Of a stretch of 64,000 nt of DNA, positions 52,976 through 64,000 are shown piece by piece. Where the stretch lies: positions 4,340,001 to 4,404,000 of the forward strand of contig JBHGNT010000007.1 in assembly GCA_043228905.1 (NCBI GenBank), read 5' to 3'. This stretch comes from Azolla caroliniana (lineage: Eukaryota; Plantae; Polypodiophyta). Every line of letters starts with the position of its first letter. Within the stretch, counting starts at the first letter, position 1. Made by a program: the position numbers and the translations under genes. The notes under the pieces are model-generated. The model did no database searches. It saw nothing but the letters and a program-made list of their open reading frames with translations, and was not told where the DNA came from.

Positions 52976-54559
52976 ATAGGTGGCTTGTCACTTGGATCCA
53001 TGCTCCCTCAATAATTAATTGTCTCTTGGATCATTCGTTACAAAAGAATCATAAGGCATCCTTATTGAGATTTCTATGAGATGTCAACATCTGCAAGTAG
53101 GTTTGGAGTCATTTCACCAAGTGTATGCATTTACCAACTTTGTATGGGGTTCCATATATTATCTAGCAATGCAAGATCATTACTTATGGCCCACAAACCT
53201 TCACATACACACCAACACACAACCTTACAATTATTTCTAGCTAAGGTTAGCTTCATGAATAGGAATCACCCAAGCTTGTTTTGGCCCCTATATGCATTGA
53301 GCAACACATTATCAATATGTATATACCCCACGAGTGCATGGGTGGATGGGTGGGGGTGTGATCTAATAATGATGCTTATGACTTCTTGGCATGTTCACTC
53401 GATTTTCCAACATGTGTGTATCATACAATAATTATTCTTATAAATAATTGGGCATGTTCACTAAGTTCTCCAACATGTTTGAGGCAATGGTAATTGCACA
53501 ACTCCATTTGGTTTCAAATAGTGTCCATGATTCAAATTCAACTTTTGAGGATGGTCTACAAAGTCTACCTCCTAACATAGAGAAAATATTTAAGTATGGA
53601 CTTACTTCTTGACATCGATTTTGCCTTAGTTGATTTGAACAACTCACCCAATAGCCCAACTCCAACTTCCACACACTCCTCATGACTTCCCCTTGTTTTG
53701 TTTGCCCATTAGATCTTGAGATGTCATATCACAAGTTTTGTGAAGTAACAATGTCGAGGACCACATTACGAAATTCCTCTTACTATGGGACATCAACCTT
53801 TTGAACCAACACTATAATATCGTTGATATTTGAAGGGGTTCAAGCTTGCCTTTGATGATCACCCACTTTGATACACATTGTGTGGCTTTCCAACACATGC
53901 TCAATTAGACATGTTTCTTTCATGAGGCAAGTAGCCCATTTTGCACAATGTTGCAATAAATCAAGAGAAGGGTGTGAAAGCTTGAGCAAAACCACAAGGA
54001 GTCTTGGACTAGGGGAGTTGGTTTTGATGTTTTACAGTGCACAATATGCACGGAATTTGGTTGTGCAAGAAACATAAAAATATGTTCCTAAATGCATGTG
54101 TTGTTATGCTCATGTGTGATAGTGGACATGTGAAGTATTATTTAGTTGGATTGTGTGGATGTATATGTATGCAATTATATATGCTCATATATGAAAGTAA
54201 ATTGGTACCTGATTTTTTATATTTGTATGTATGTTTGTATGAAAAATATATTCGTGTTAATTGAATGTATATAATTATGAGTGAGTGAGCAAGTGTTTCT
54301 ATATGTAAATGTGTGTGTGGATGTGCGAATGAATGTGTATGTGTATGCATAAAGGTATACATATGTGTTTTGAAAGTAAAAGTATAATTGTGTAGATGAG
54401 TGTGTGAAATTTTATGAGTGAACGAGTATTTTAGTTTTGTAGAGGTATATGACTCCTATCACTAGAGAAGATATGCACTCCACAATTGAGTGGAGGGCTA
54501 GATATTCTTAATTTTTTTTGCATATGCTAGTTAGAAAAGCTACTTTCCAAAATTTGTTG

Positions 54560-55560
54560 AAAAACCATTGCCTTGGGCAAGATTGCTATGTGATATGTTT
54601 GATCATTTGAAAACCAAGTCATTGGGATACTAACCATTGGGATGTAGTGTTTGGAAAGCTTGACCGGCGCATCAAAGGTTGTCTGTTTAGCTCAAAGCTT
54701 CTAAAGTACTGGAAGGAAGTATTGCACCGCATAAAATGAAGAGGTAGAATTCAGAATCAGGGGTTTACACCTCGAAAGTTTACACTCGAGTGTTATATGG
54801 CCATAGTCACTAGCTGAACAAGAGCCTATGAAAGCATACTTTTTAGCAAAGAAGGGGTTGAAATCATTTGTAGATGTGGTAAATGACAAAGGTCACTTAC
54901 TACACACTTCAATGACATGACATGTAGTTATAGTCTTGGGCCACATCATCGCGTTATCTGGAATCAAGTCACAGAGTTGGTACTTTCTTTAGTACCTATG
55001 CCACCTCTAAATGGAGATCGCAAGATTCAGGATTGGATGTTACAAAAAGGGAACATTGTTATATTCCAATGCATAACATTACAACACATTCAGTGTATAT
55101 GTTGTTGCAACTTGTCCCATGGTTTCACAAACATGCAAATGCATTATGGAACCTACACAAAACGCAGTCCTGGTGGAAAAACAGGTTTACAAGCTTATAG
55201 AGCTCTAGTCTTCCACTCAAACAATGGGTATTCCTATGGAGATGCCTATTGGGTGTGCTCGCAACTGTGTTGAATCTTCAAAAGAGATAAATAGCCTCGC
55301 CGCATTGTGCAAGATATGGTGGACGATTGAAAATGGTCCCACACTTATTATGGACTTGCTCATTCACTACAACATTTGTACAAAGACTAAGTGCATCTCT
55401 TTATCATAGATTTCTTGGCTGAAGGTTTGATAAACACTTTTGGATATTTGGACAAATTCCGTGCGCCCTATCCAACAATGCCTATTTTCTCTAATGGACA
55501 TGATTTTGGGCACTCTTGACAATTTGGACAGCCCGCAATAATAAGGTATTTGATCGAAAC
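54560..55560 (+). mobile_element. Possible degenerate LINE 3' (RT-flanking) fragment
   Basis: Trp/Cys-rich broken frames resembling L1 C-terminal regions; no decisive motif. Confidence 0.35.
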
Positions 55561-55906
55561 CAACTGCATGAAGTTAGTTTCTTTAAGCAATCCCTCAGGC
55601 AATCTCTATTTGATTGTCTGCAACGTAGAGACATCACACTCCAAATTTACAATCTTTACGTTCAGTGCTTTTAAGCTCTTTACTGTCGAATCGACACTTG
55701 TATTTTTTCTTTATTCTTTGTGGGTTTTCACCTCACTTTATAATAAAAGTGTTACTAAAAAAAAAAGTATACGTGAATTTGATTGTTCATGTGCTCTTGT
55801 ATATGCATAATTTTGTATGTAAAGTTTGTGATTGCTTGTATGTGTATAAGTACAAATGAATGTACGTAAAATTGGGCATATGTATGTGCAAGTGTATATG
55901 TCAAAT

Positions 55907-56546
55907 TAGGGATCGGCAACGGTTCGGTTTAGGCTTAGCCGGTTTGGCCTGATCCAAGCCAAACCGGCTAAGCCTAAACCGTTTACAGGATCTCAAACCT
56001 GAGCCGAGCCGAGCCGAGCCGGTTCACAAACCGGTTTAGGCTAAACCGGTTTATGCTAAACCGGTTTGTGAACCGGCTTGGTAAACGGCTTGTAAACCGG
56101 TCTCCAAACCGGCTTGGAAACCGGTTTAGAAACCTCCGTCTCTCTCTCTCTCTCTCTCTCCCTACCTCCCTCTCTCTCTCTCAGATGATCCCTCCCACTC
56201 TCTCTCACTTCTGTGGTCTCGACTCTCTCTCCCTCTCCCTCTCTCCCCTCTATGTAAATCCTCTCTCTCTCCCCTCTATGTAGTTCCTCTCTCTCTCTCT
56301 CTCTCTCACGTCTATGGTCTCGACTCTCCCTCCCTCTCTCTCTCTCTCCCCTCTATGTAGTCTCTCTCTCTCTCCCCTCTATGTAGTTCCTCTCTCTCTC
56401 TCTCTCTCCCCTCTGTGTAGTCTCTCTCTCTCTCTCTCTCCCCTCTGTGTAGTCTCTCTCTCTCTCCCCTCTATGTAGTTCCTCTCTCTCTCTCTCTCTC
56501 TCTCTCTCCCCTCTGTGTAGTCTCTCTCTCTCTCCCCTCTATGTAG

Positions 56547-56582
<36 letters not shown>

Positions 56583-56618
56583 CTCTGTGTAGTCTCTCTG
56601 TCTCTCCCCTCTATGTAG

Positions 56619-56652
<34 letters not shown>

Positions 56653-56688
56653 CTCTGTGTAGTCTCTCTGTCTCTCCCCTCTATGTAG

Positions 56689-56730
<42 letters not shown>

Positions 56731-56766
56731 CTCTGTGTAGTCTCTCTCTCTCTCCCCTCTATGTAG

Positions 56767-56800
<34 letters not shown>

Positions 56801-56836
56801 CTCTGTGTAGTCTCTTTGTCTCTCCCCTCTATGTAG

Positions 56837-56874
<38 letters not shown>

Positions 56875-56910
56875 CTCTGTGTAGTCTCTCTGTCTCTCCC
56901 CTCTATGTAG

Positions 56911-56944
<34 letters not shown>

Positions 56945-56980
56945 CTCTGTGTAGTCTCTTTGTCTCTCCCCTCTATGTAG

Positions 56981-57018
<38 letters not shown>

Positions 57019-57323
57019 TATATGTTGTCTCCCTCCCTCTCTCTCTCTCTCCTCGTCTATGTAGTTCTCCCTCCCTTACTCTCTCTCTCTCTTTCCCCTT
57101 GTCTGTTGTCTCTCTCCCCCTCTCTAAAGTTTATAAACGGCTTAAACGGTTTATCCGGCTTAGCCGGCTTGAGCCGGTTTGGCGAGGCTCAAGCCAAGCC
57201 GAGCCGAGCTCAAACCGTTAAGGCAAGTTCAAGCCTAAACCGAGCCGAGCCGAGCCGCTAAGCCGTTTTCAAGCCGGCTAAGCCAAACGGTTTAGGCTTG
57301 AGCCGAGCCGTTGCCGATCCCTA
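55907..57323. mobile_element. hAT-type MITE with a ~1-kb internal (CT)n-based tandem array
   Basis: TIR TAGGGATCGGCAACGG / CCGTTGCCGATCCCTA; perfect TSD TGTCAAAT; GAGCC and AAACCGG subterminal repeats. Confidence 0.93.
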
Positions 57324-58334
57324 TGTCAAATTATACGTTCATAGGTTAAGGATATGGATTAGTTTAGACTTCACCAAAGAAAACATTACAAATTAAAGGG
57401 TAAAACTTTAGAAAAGCAAGGGTGGGTAAAGAAATAAGGGGAGGGTATTTTGATATTTATTGATTTTTGTAAGGGAAGGGTAGTTTGAGAATATGATCAT
57501 TTTAGGGGTGTGCACTAATAGATGAATAAGGAGGATAAAAGAAAGAGGAATAGAACTTGGGTTTGGTGGCATCTAGCCTAGCTTTGGGGAAGAGGAATGA
57601 CTTCATTGTTGAGGCTCAGGGACTCAAATCACGTTCACAAAGTGACTTGTAATAATAAGCGAGGTTTGTTGCAAGACTGATTGACATTGCAAATGTTATC
57701 TCCTACCCAACTCTTCTTCTATCCTCGTTCAACATAGTCAAAACATATTTGCATGCTCCTTTTTTTGTTCACATGTAGCGTTTCATATATAGTAACAAGG
57801 ATAAAATTGTGAGGGTTAATCGAGAGTGTGAAGAAAAGAGGATTACTTTTAATCCTAGGAATTGGGACAACCCTTAAAAGGACATTACAAGCTTGTGGTT
57901 GACATGACCTATGAAGTTTGTCATCCTATGTCTAGGTGGAACCAAAATATATATAGTATATGCCCCTTTTGCACTCATTCCTATTCCACCCATGACCAAT
58001 GAAACAATCTTTGTTTTTACCCCTAAAATCCATCATACTACACCTAGCATTTAGCCCACCAACACTCCACTAAATGTTGGACACAACTACAAAAGATAGT
58101 CATCCCCTCAATCATTGAGCTCTACCCCTTCATTCCTACTGTTACACGCATATAATGAACCATATATATCATACGTGCATTTGCATTCGAGAATGATTCA
58201 ATAAAATGTGCATGGTAAATCATCTCAACGTTGGATTGGATATATAAGAATGGTATTGATTGAATCACATGTCATCAAGTTTCAATACTTATGAATTATT
58301 AAAGTACTAAACATTAGAAAGAGAGAGAGAGAGA

Positions 58335-58980
58335 GAGTGGCGAGAGGTGTTATGAGCTAAAGCTTCAGCTTCTATGGCAGTATTCCCAGGACCATTCACC
58401 TTCCTTCTCTTCGTCCTCCTCATATTCTTCCTGTTGTTCAAATCATCGCCATCATCGTGATGACTCTGATTCTGATTATGAGGATCACCATGACTATGAT
58501 TCATCTAATTTTGGCATTTGATTCTCGTTGACATGATGGATCAAGCTTCTGCTCTTTTTGCTCATCATCATGGTGTTCTTGAGATTAATGTTGGCTATGT
58601 GCATGTCCCTGGCTCTAAGGATCTCCTCCCTCATCCTTTCCACAATAATGAGCCACGCCTATTGCCTAGAGCTTCCCATCGTTCCTCCGTTACTTCTCTT
58701 TTGATTCATTCATGCATGCTTCTTCTTTGTCTTCTCCATGAATTATGATGAGGAGGTTGAGATGTAGCAAAAGCCATGGAGCATTGCATCCATGGTTTGG
58801 CGGCAAAATCATGGTAAATAAGATCGCCATAACTATAGCTGTAGACCAAGTGGAAAGAAGGAGGATCAAGAAGCACAACAGAATGGCTGGAGAAATCATG
58901 GCCACCAAGATATGGGGGATGAGTAGTGTTATTGATCATGTACTGATAAGAAGTAGCAGAGCAGAAGAAGATTCATGAGG
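58335..58980 (-). pseudogene. Decayed His/Gln/Asp-rich coding-like segment of unknown family
   Basis: Protein-like low-complexity text (QEHHDDEQKEQKLD, HGDPHNQNQSHHDDGDD, RRTKRRKV) broken by stops. Confidence 0.4.
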
Positions 58981-60929
58981 AGAGAGTCTTGAAATTAAAG
59001 TAAAAAAAAGGAACACGCATTTTGCCCTTTTCAAATGTGTTTGTTTCCAAACGTTCGAATGCTTCCACGAACACGTTTATTACGTTATATGGTTACGGGC
59101 ATGAGCATACTTTATCCATGTGTATAGAATACTACGGTACAATCTTACCACGGGATATTATATGGTTATACCTGTAAATCCACATGTATAGAATACTACG
59201 GTTCAATCTTACCACGAGATATTATATGGTCATGCATGTAACACCTACCTTGGGTTTGTGCATAGAATTCATTATCTTATGGGCATGTCATAATGGTGGT
59301 CATTTGGGTAACAACAAAATAGTTGAGATATATGTAATCTAAGTTGAGCTTCCTGCATAGATTTTCTCTAAACATTGTTGTTCTATTTTGTTATGATTTC
59401 CTTCTTCTTATCATTGTACATTATTTTATTCTATTTGGCCCATACTATATTTTTAATTAATGTGCCATCAAATCTAATTAATTGAGTATCATAATTTATT
59501 TTCACTTCCTTTTGAGTAATAGAAGATGATTGTAACTTAGTGAGCACAACCATTAACTCAAGTTTTGGTCTTGTGTAGGGAACGCTCAAAGAAGTATGAG
59601 TAAGAATTCAAAGCATGAAGATTTAGATAGAATGATGTCAACTGAACTTTACCTTCCTCTAAAGCAACAACATCGTATCGCTTGAATAGAATAATTGTCT
59701 TTGCCATGTAGTTATTGTGTGTTCATGACTTGGAAACCATAGGGTCCTCAAAGTGGCAAGTCAACATACATAATGGAAACTAACGTCATCAATCCAATGG
59801 CTCCTTTCAATGTACATGCATCATCCAACATTAGAGAGGATAGAGTGCAATAGAATACATGTTTTATCATCCATGAGGAGGTCAATTTTTGACCTATAGA
59901 GAGACTATCAAGGGAGCTGTTATTTAATTTTTTTTTGAGACAAATAGAGTTAATCGGGTCATGTCTATTGCCTATATACTACGAGGTCAATAGTTTGATA
60001 CAACAAACACTATGGTATGAGATTTAGAAGAATTGATATATGGTGTACCAAAGTTGTGTGAATGTACAAGATTTGAAACCATGTCATGCTAATGAGTGCA
60101 TCTGTGCATTTAGGACATTTTCCCAATATTAATGAATCCCACTTGAACATAACATTAATGATGCCAACCGAATAATAGTATATTAATGATGTCAACAATG
60201 TGCATCCTTTTGAAGATTAGTTTTTTTCTCAAAGATTTCCTTAACAAAACGAGTAGATTGACAACATCAATAGTCCATTTTGAAAGGAAAGTCCTAGTCA
60301 CCAAATGTAATTTTTAATCTTTTGGAGATTGATAAGAAGACACAATTTCCACACAACAAAAATGGTTGAAAATGAGACAAAAGTAAAAGCACAATGATGA
60401 GAACATGACGATGTTGGAGGAATGTGGGCTCGATCAAACCTTGCATTTCTCACACAATGATATAGATAATGAATTGAACTTCAAATTGAGTGATGTGATG
60501 GCATGGTAGGGAATGTTGACAATTCAACAAAGAGACATATAAAGTGACGGCCATTCAACAAATATAGGGGATACTTTTGAGATAGAAATCAAGTTGGGGA
60601 GCATAAATAGATAATGTTTTTACATTCTTTCATAGGAGACTGATTGTGATCTATGAGATAGCCCATGAGTTTGGGTATGTGCTTTTGTGATGTAACAAAT
60701 GAAGTGTGCAAGTGACGATTTGAACAGGCAAAGAGCTTAATGTTTGGAAAACAATTCCATTGAGACTAATTGAGTGCATAGCTTAGTTGGGCATCACACA
60801 ATCATCATGAGAGGAAGGCCCATGGGATTACAGAAAAGAACACGAAGCACAATGGTAGGACCCATACAACACCTACTTCTTGGACAATGACAACATTGGT
60901 TGTGTTTGTGTGTGTGACACTCAACAACA

Positions 60930-61614
60930 ATTTGGTTCGGTTTGGGAGACTCAAACTACTTATAAATTATAATATTAGAAACTTAAAGTGAATCAAATCA
61001 AACCATGAAACCGTTCAAACTGGTCCATTATAGGAATTTCTCAATGTCAAACTAAAGGATTCTAGAAATTTACAAACCACGAAGAGGTTAAGCCATAGTT
61101 TTGCACTTTGGTTTCGATTTCAGTGTAAACCAGTAGTGCTAGAATTAAGTGCTTGTTAATACAAAAACGTAGCTTTGAATAATTTAATATACAATCATCG
61201 ATCTGCCAATAAATTTCCATATAGTATCCTATATCGAATCCTACACACAATCCTTATACGAAAATGTTCAAGACATTATAATTTAATATTCACGAAAGTG
61301 AAGTGTCATAGCGTTAAATTGTTAAATCGTTTAAACCGTGGTTTACAAGCATCGAAACTGCAAACGGGTAAGCCGATAAAGGCTCAAATGGCTAAACTCC
61401 CAAACCGAACCGTTTACAAAGATTCAAACTTGGACCAAATCGAATCGAATCGAATCACACCACCGTTGAAACCCCAAACCAAACCATTTATGAATATTCA
61501 AACATGAACCGAACCGAACCTAACCACACCGAACCGAACTCAGAACTGTTGAAGTTTTTAAACCACAGGTTTATGCGGTTCGGTTGGGCTCAAGCGGAAC
61601 CATTGCTAATCGCT
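60930..61614. mobile_element. AACCG-rich hAT-like MITE remnant upstream of the CAR gene
   Basis: Dense AACCG/CGGTT motifs and a CCATTGCTA terminus like the 15417 family; left end not defined. Confidence 0.5.
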
Positions 61615-62079
61615 ATGTGTGTGTATGTGTATGTGTTGGTTTTATTGAATTGAATGACAAAATATGATGTACTACTTGTTTGGTTATAACTTATAATTTA
61701 TTTGTTTTGTTTCTGTTTTTTTATTTGTCTTTGTTTTTTCGGTGGTCTTTCGGAACTCTGAAGACCGCGAAATTCTAAAAGGAAATCAAATGAAGGAGTC
61801 AAAAAAGAAAGAAGAGAGAGTCACATCGACGCGGGTTCGAATCCCAGTCTTCTCCTTTTTTTTTGTGGTTTTTTTTTAAAAACTCTGCTTTCTCTTCATT
61901 CCTTTCTCGATCCCAAGTTCCTGCTGAAATTCCTTCTCCTTCTCCTTCTCCTTCTTCTCCATCTTCTTCTTTCTCTGTCGAATCTGGCCGCCATTTCCTC
62001 CTCCTCCTGCATCTATCGCCTCCGCCTCCATAGCTTTCATCTGCCGAGGAGGAGAAGGCACCAAAGGACACCACCGGCC

Positions 62080-63327
62080 ATGGGCATGGATTTCCAAGGC
62101 GTTCTCAAAGTGCGGGTGATCAAAGGCGTGGATCTTGCCGTTCGAGATCTCTTCACCAGCGATCCCTATGTCAAGCTCCACGTCGGTGAACATGTAAATT
62201 CTCGCGTCTCCTTCTTCTTTCGTCCGTCCTACTAAGAATCTATGGTTTTGGATCTCTTGAGAGGTTTTGTCTAGCTAACTATTTGATCCGTCTAAATATA
62301 GTGTCCTGTTTGAAATATGAAAGAGATCAGCTTAAAAAGAATTGTTTTGATTCGCTCCACTGTTTGTTTGCTTGCTTGGATGAATTGGCATACAAAATCT
62401 TGCCTGATTGGTGGTTTTGAATTGATTGCTTCGAACTTTGTTTCGATCAATGAATTAATTGTGATTTTCTTGAAACTTCTCAAGACATATGGTTTCTATC
62501 TTCATATGTGGATTTACAGTCTTCATACGCACCAAAAAGTAAATCTCATCTTGGATCTCCGCTCTCGATTAAGGAACAATGAAAAACTCTGTGAATGGGG
62601 GGGCATAATGTTGATTGAGGATGTGTTGATGGTATGTTGGTGGTATTGTCTTCTTTATCTTGTGTCTTATTGTATGTAGGAAGTGAAGACGCGAGTGATA
62701 AAAAATGATCTGAATCCAAATTGGAATGAAGAGCTCACTCTAGCTGTTCCAGATCCTCCAGTGCCTCTAAAGCTTGTAAGTGGCATTTTTTTTTATATGT
62801 ACAAAATTTATATTATTCAGTCAACTCTCTCGCTTGTTTTGTCTCAAAGGTGTTTAATAGGATCATTTTTTTATGTCCACAATTCTTCAGTGGCTTGATT
62901 ATTACAATGTATGTACCACTTGAACTTAAACATAGGTTTCAACTCCTTGTTTCTTACTTATAACGTGGGTATTACTCAATATGTCTTGATTTCTCCATCC
63001 TTTGTAGTTTGGAATCTTACTTCATGGATTTCTCTACACTTGCAGTTTGTATTTGACAAGGATATGTTCACAGCCGATGATAACATGGGAGATGGTATAG
63101 TAGATCTCCGTCCGTTGATAGCTGCTGTGAAGCTAAAGAAAGACTTGCAAGGGTCGCATGAAGGAATGAACATTCGCAAGATCGTTGCAACAAAGGAAAA
63201 TGGTTTTGTGAAAGATAGTGTGATTAAGGTAAAAAATGGCCATGTTGTGCAAGAAGTATGTCTCAAACTAAAGAATGTGGAGAGGGGTCAAGTAGAGCTA
63301 GAGTTGAAATGGCAACCTCGTCTTTGA
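62080..63327 (+). CDS. C2-domain ABA-related (CAR)-like single-C2 protein; exons 62080-62193, 62680-62775, 63046-63327
   Basis: GVLKVRVIKGVDLAVRD..SDPYV, KTRVIKNDLNPNWNEELTL, VFDKDMFTADDNMG, VVQEVCLKLKNVERGQVELELKW; three phase-0 GT-AG exons. Confidence 0.93.
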
Positions 63328-64000
63328 GATATGTGTTTTGATTGTTATCAAGCTTTATCAAAGAACAAATCGTCAATGAAAATATGCTCTGATGGAAAAC
63401 AACTTCAGGTGTCGAAATCAAAAACAGAAAAAGCAGTGTGAATTAAGGGCCTGTTTATGTTATGGCCATCGTTCATCAATCTCATCTCTTGAGCATGTGG
63501 GGTAGGGTGACTTTGGAGTTATGTGTTAAATCATAAACTATAATATAGTTGGCAATCCATTAGTTCTAATGGTTGAAGTATTTTGTTTGGATGATTGAAA
63601 GCTTTGACATTCAAAATGTTGAAGCTTAAAGATTGTATAGACTTTGTAAGCATGGCTAATCTAAATCATATAAGATATTTTGCCATCAGATTTATTCTGA
63701 TATTGTATCTATTCTGATGGACTAAGTATCTTCTGTCTAAGTGATCAACGCTTTATTACATGCTCATATTTTAGCAATGTTGCAAATGTTGAAGGTTGAG
63801 GAATTTGAAGCCTTTATTCTATCCATTCTAATAAATGATATACAAGTATAAACTTCTTCATGAAATGCTTAGACTTTAGTTCAACCCACTTCAATGTTTT
63901 TTGGGGGGTTAAACATGATCTGATCCTTGGATATGCAGTGTTGAAACTTGAAAGAAGGCATTTGAATGGGTGAAGCTAAAGTGGAGGTAATACTAGATAT

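Noticed and set aside
61831-61846. Isolated perfect B-box GGTTCGAATCCC upstream of the CAR gene
   Set aside because: No A-box or tRNA body; a single short motif may be chance

Overview
Eukaryotic, AT-rich land-plant genomic DNA (spliceosomal introns, plant-type genes, copia/gypsy/LINE/hAT/MULE debris; a seed-free plant such as a fern is my guess only). Three multi-exon genes could be rebuilt by hand: an Apd1/Aim32-type sucrase/ferredoxin-like [2Fe-2S] protein (+, 42618-45637), an EFFECTOR OF TRANSCRIPTION (ET/HRT)-like GIY-YIG protein (-, 46673-51482) and a C2-domain CAR-like protein (+, 62080-63327). The left 48.5 kb is an old tandem amplification. Each unit originally ran from a small secreted-protein gene through Apd1 into ET intron 2. 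The Apd1 and ET copies are deleted to scraps, while three intronless secreted, cationic, 2-Cys protein genes (4377, 26674, 34173; all minus strand) stay intact. These have near-identical signal peptides and a hypervariable mature core, and are the best candidate for an undescribed system (diversifying defence or recognition peptides with a partial saposin-like pattern). The array also holds a multi-level TE nest with verifiable target-site duplications (TSDs), a cargo-carrying hAT element, solo LTRs with tRNA-like Pol III boxes, hAT MITEs with internal satellites, and a 7x84-bp hairpin-forming tandem array. All alignments were done by eye; no database searches were run.
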